Shown here: piece by piece, positions 25,884-26,279 of the stretch | How positions within the stretch are numbered: the first letter of the stretch is position 1 | Layout of the letters: each line of letters starts with the position of its first letter | Source: a virus | Taxonomy: Duplodnaviria; Caudoviricetes | Reading direction: 5' to 3' (one strand) | IMG/VR virus record: IMGVR_UViG_3300003394_000003 | Span: 1 to 26,279 of that record | Length of the DNA stretch: 26,279 bases | Made by a program: the position numbers and the translations under genes | Notes under the pieces: generated by a model | Database searches by the model: none | What the model was told of the DNA's origin: nothing | What the model saw: only the letters and a program-made list of their open reading frames with translations

Positions 25884-25898
25884 TTTATATTTATCTTA

Positions 25899-26279
25899 TT
25901 ATAATCTTGCCAGATCGGTTATCTTACGGTCAGCTTCTTGTTGATTGGTCATCTGACTAGAAACTACATATGCTTGTACCACAGTACCACCAGTGCTTCC
26001 TTGTTGGTTACCTAATGTTATTTGATTTTGTACTTGTTGTCCTTCTTGTGCAGCTCCTAAAGCAGCCGTAGGATTATAAGCAGGAATAGCGGGAACAGAA
26101 GGTACTGAACCAGCAGATCCACCACCACCTCCACCAGGTGTTTTAGTACTTAAGATCTTCTTAACATTCATAATACCTGCAGCCACAGCAACACCCGCAG
26201 CAATTGGAGCTAAAACAGGTCCAACGAATGGTACACCAACTACAGAAGCATAAGCTGCAGTAGCAGATGTATATGTTGA
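25899..26279 (-). CDS. 3' end of the tape measure gene (partial duplicate)
   Basis: Identical to the C-terminus of 1862..3853; truncated by the window edge. Confidence 0.8.
   Translation of the reverse strand, partial: STYTSATAAYASVVGVPFVGPVLAPIAAGVAVAAGIMNVKKILSTKTPGGGGGGSAGSVPSVPAIPAYNPTAALGAAQEGQQVQNQITLGNQQGSTGGTVVQAYVVSSQMTNQQEADRKITDLARL

Larger units (their letters stand above)
24038..26279. repeat. Terminal direct repeat, copy 2
   Basis: Matches 1..2242 wherever compared. Confidence 0.97.

Noticed and set aside
1-26279. Diversity-generating retroelement, stop-codon recoding, tRNAs or introns
   Set aside because: No reverse transcriptase or TR/VR pair was seen, genes are intact and densely packed in the standard code, and no cloverleaf or intron-split gene was noticed.

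Overview
This window appears to be a complete, small, AT-rich tailed dsDNA phage genome. The unit length is 24,037 bp, and bases 1-2242 recur at 24038-26279, so it is circular or terminally redundant. Most genes are on the - strand. They include small and large terminase, portal, head-tail adaptor, XkdF-type prohead protease, scaffold, major capsid protein, probable tail tube, tape measure, tail-tip proteins, a receptor-binding-like protein and two holin-like membrane proteins. A small early operon encodes an HTH protein, an HTH replication initiator with five 22-bp-period iterons inside its gene, two unknowns and a sigma-factor-like protein. A + strand accessory cluster encodes a minimal nucleotidyltransferase-like protein, a GIY-YIG-like/HTH protein and an unknown. 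I found no integrase, DNA polymerase, helicase, primase or endolysin. Gene starts lack Shine-Dalgarno sequences, which points to a Bacteroidota-like host (inference). The most notable signal is two bipartite promoter-like motifs that divide the genome. (T)GAAAC/TAAAC-N17-TATAAT occurs 7 times, before non-structural genes and two putative small RNAs. CA-N14-TATATTTA occurs 6 times, before packaging and structural operons, and three of these would give near-leaderless mRNAs. All protein calls come from motifs and synteny read by eye; no database searches were run.
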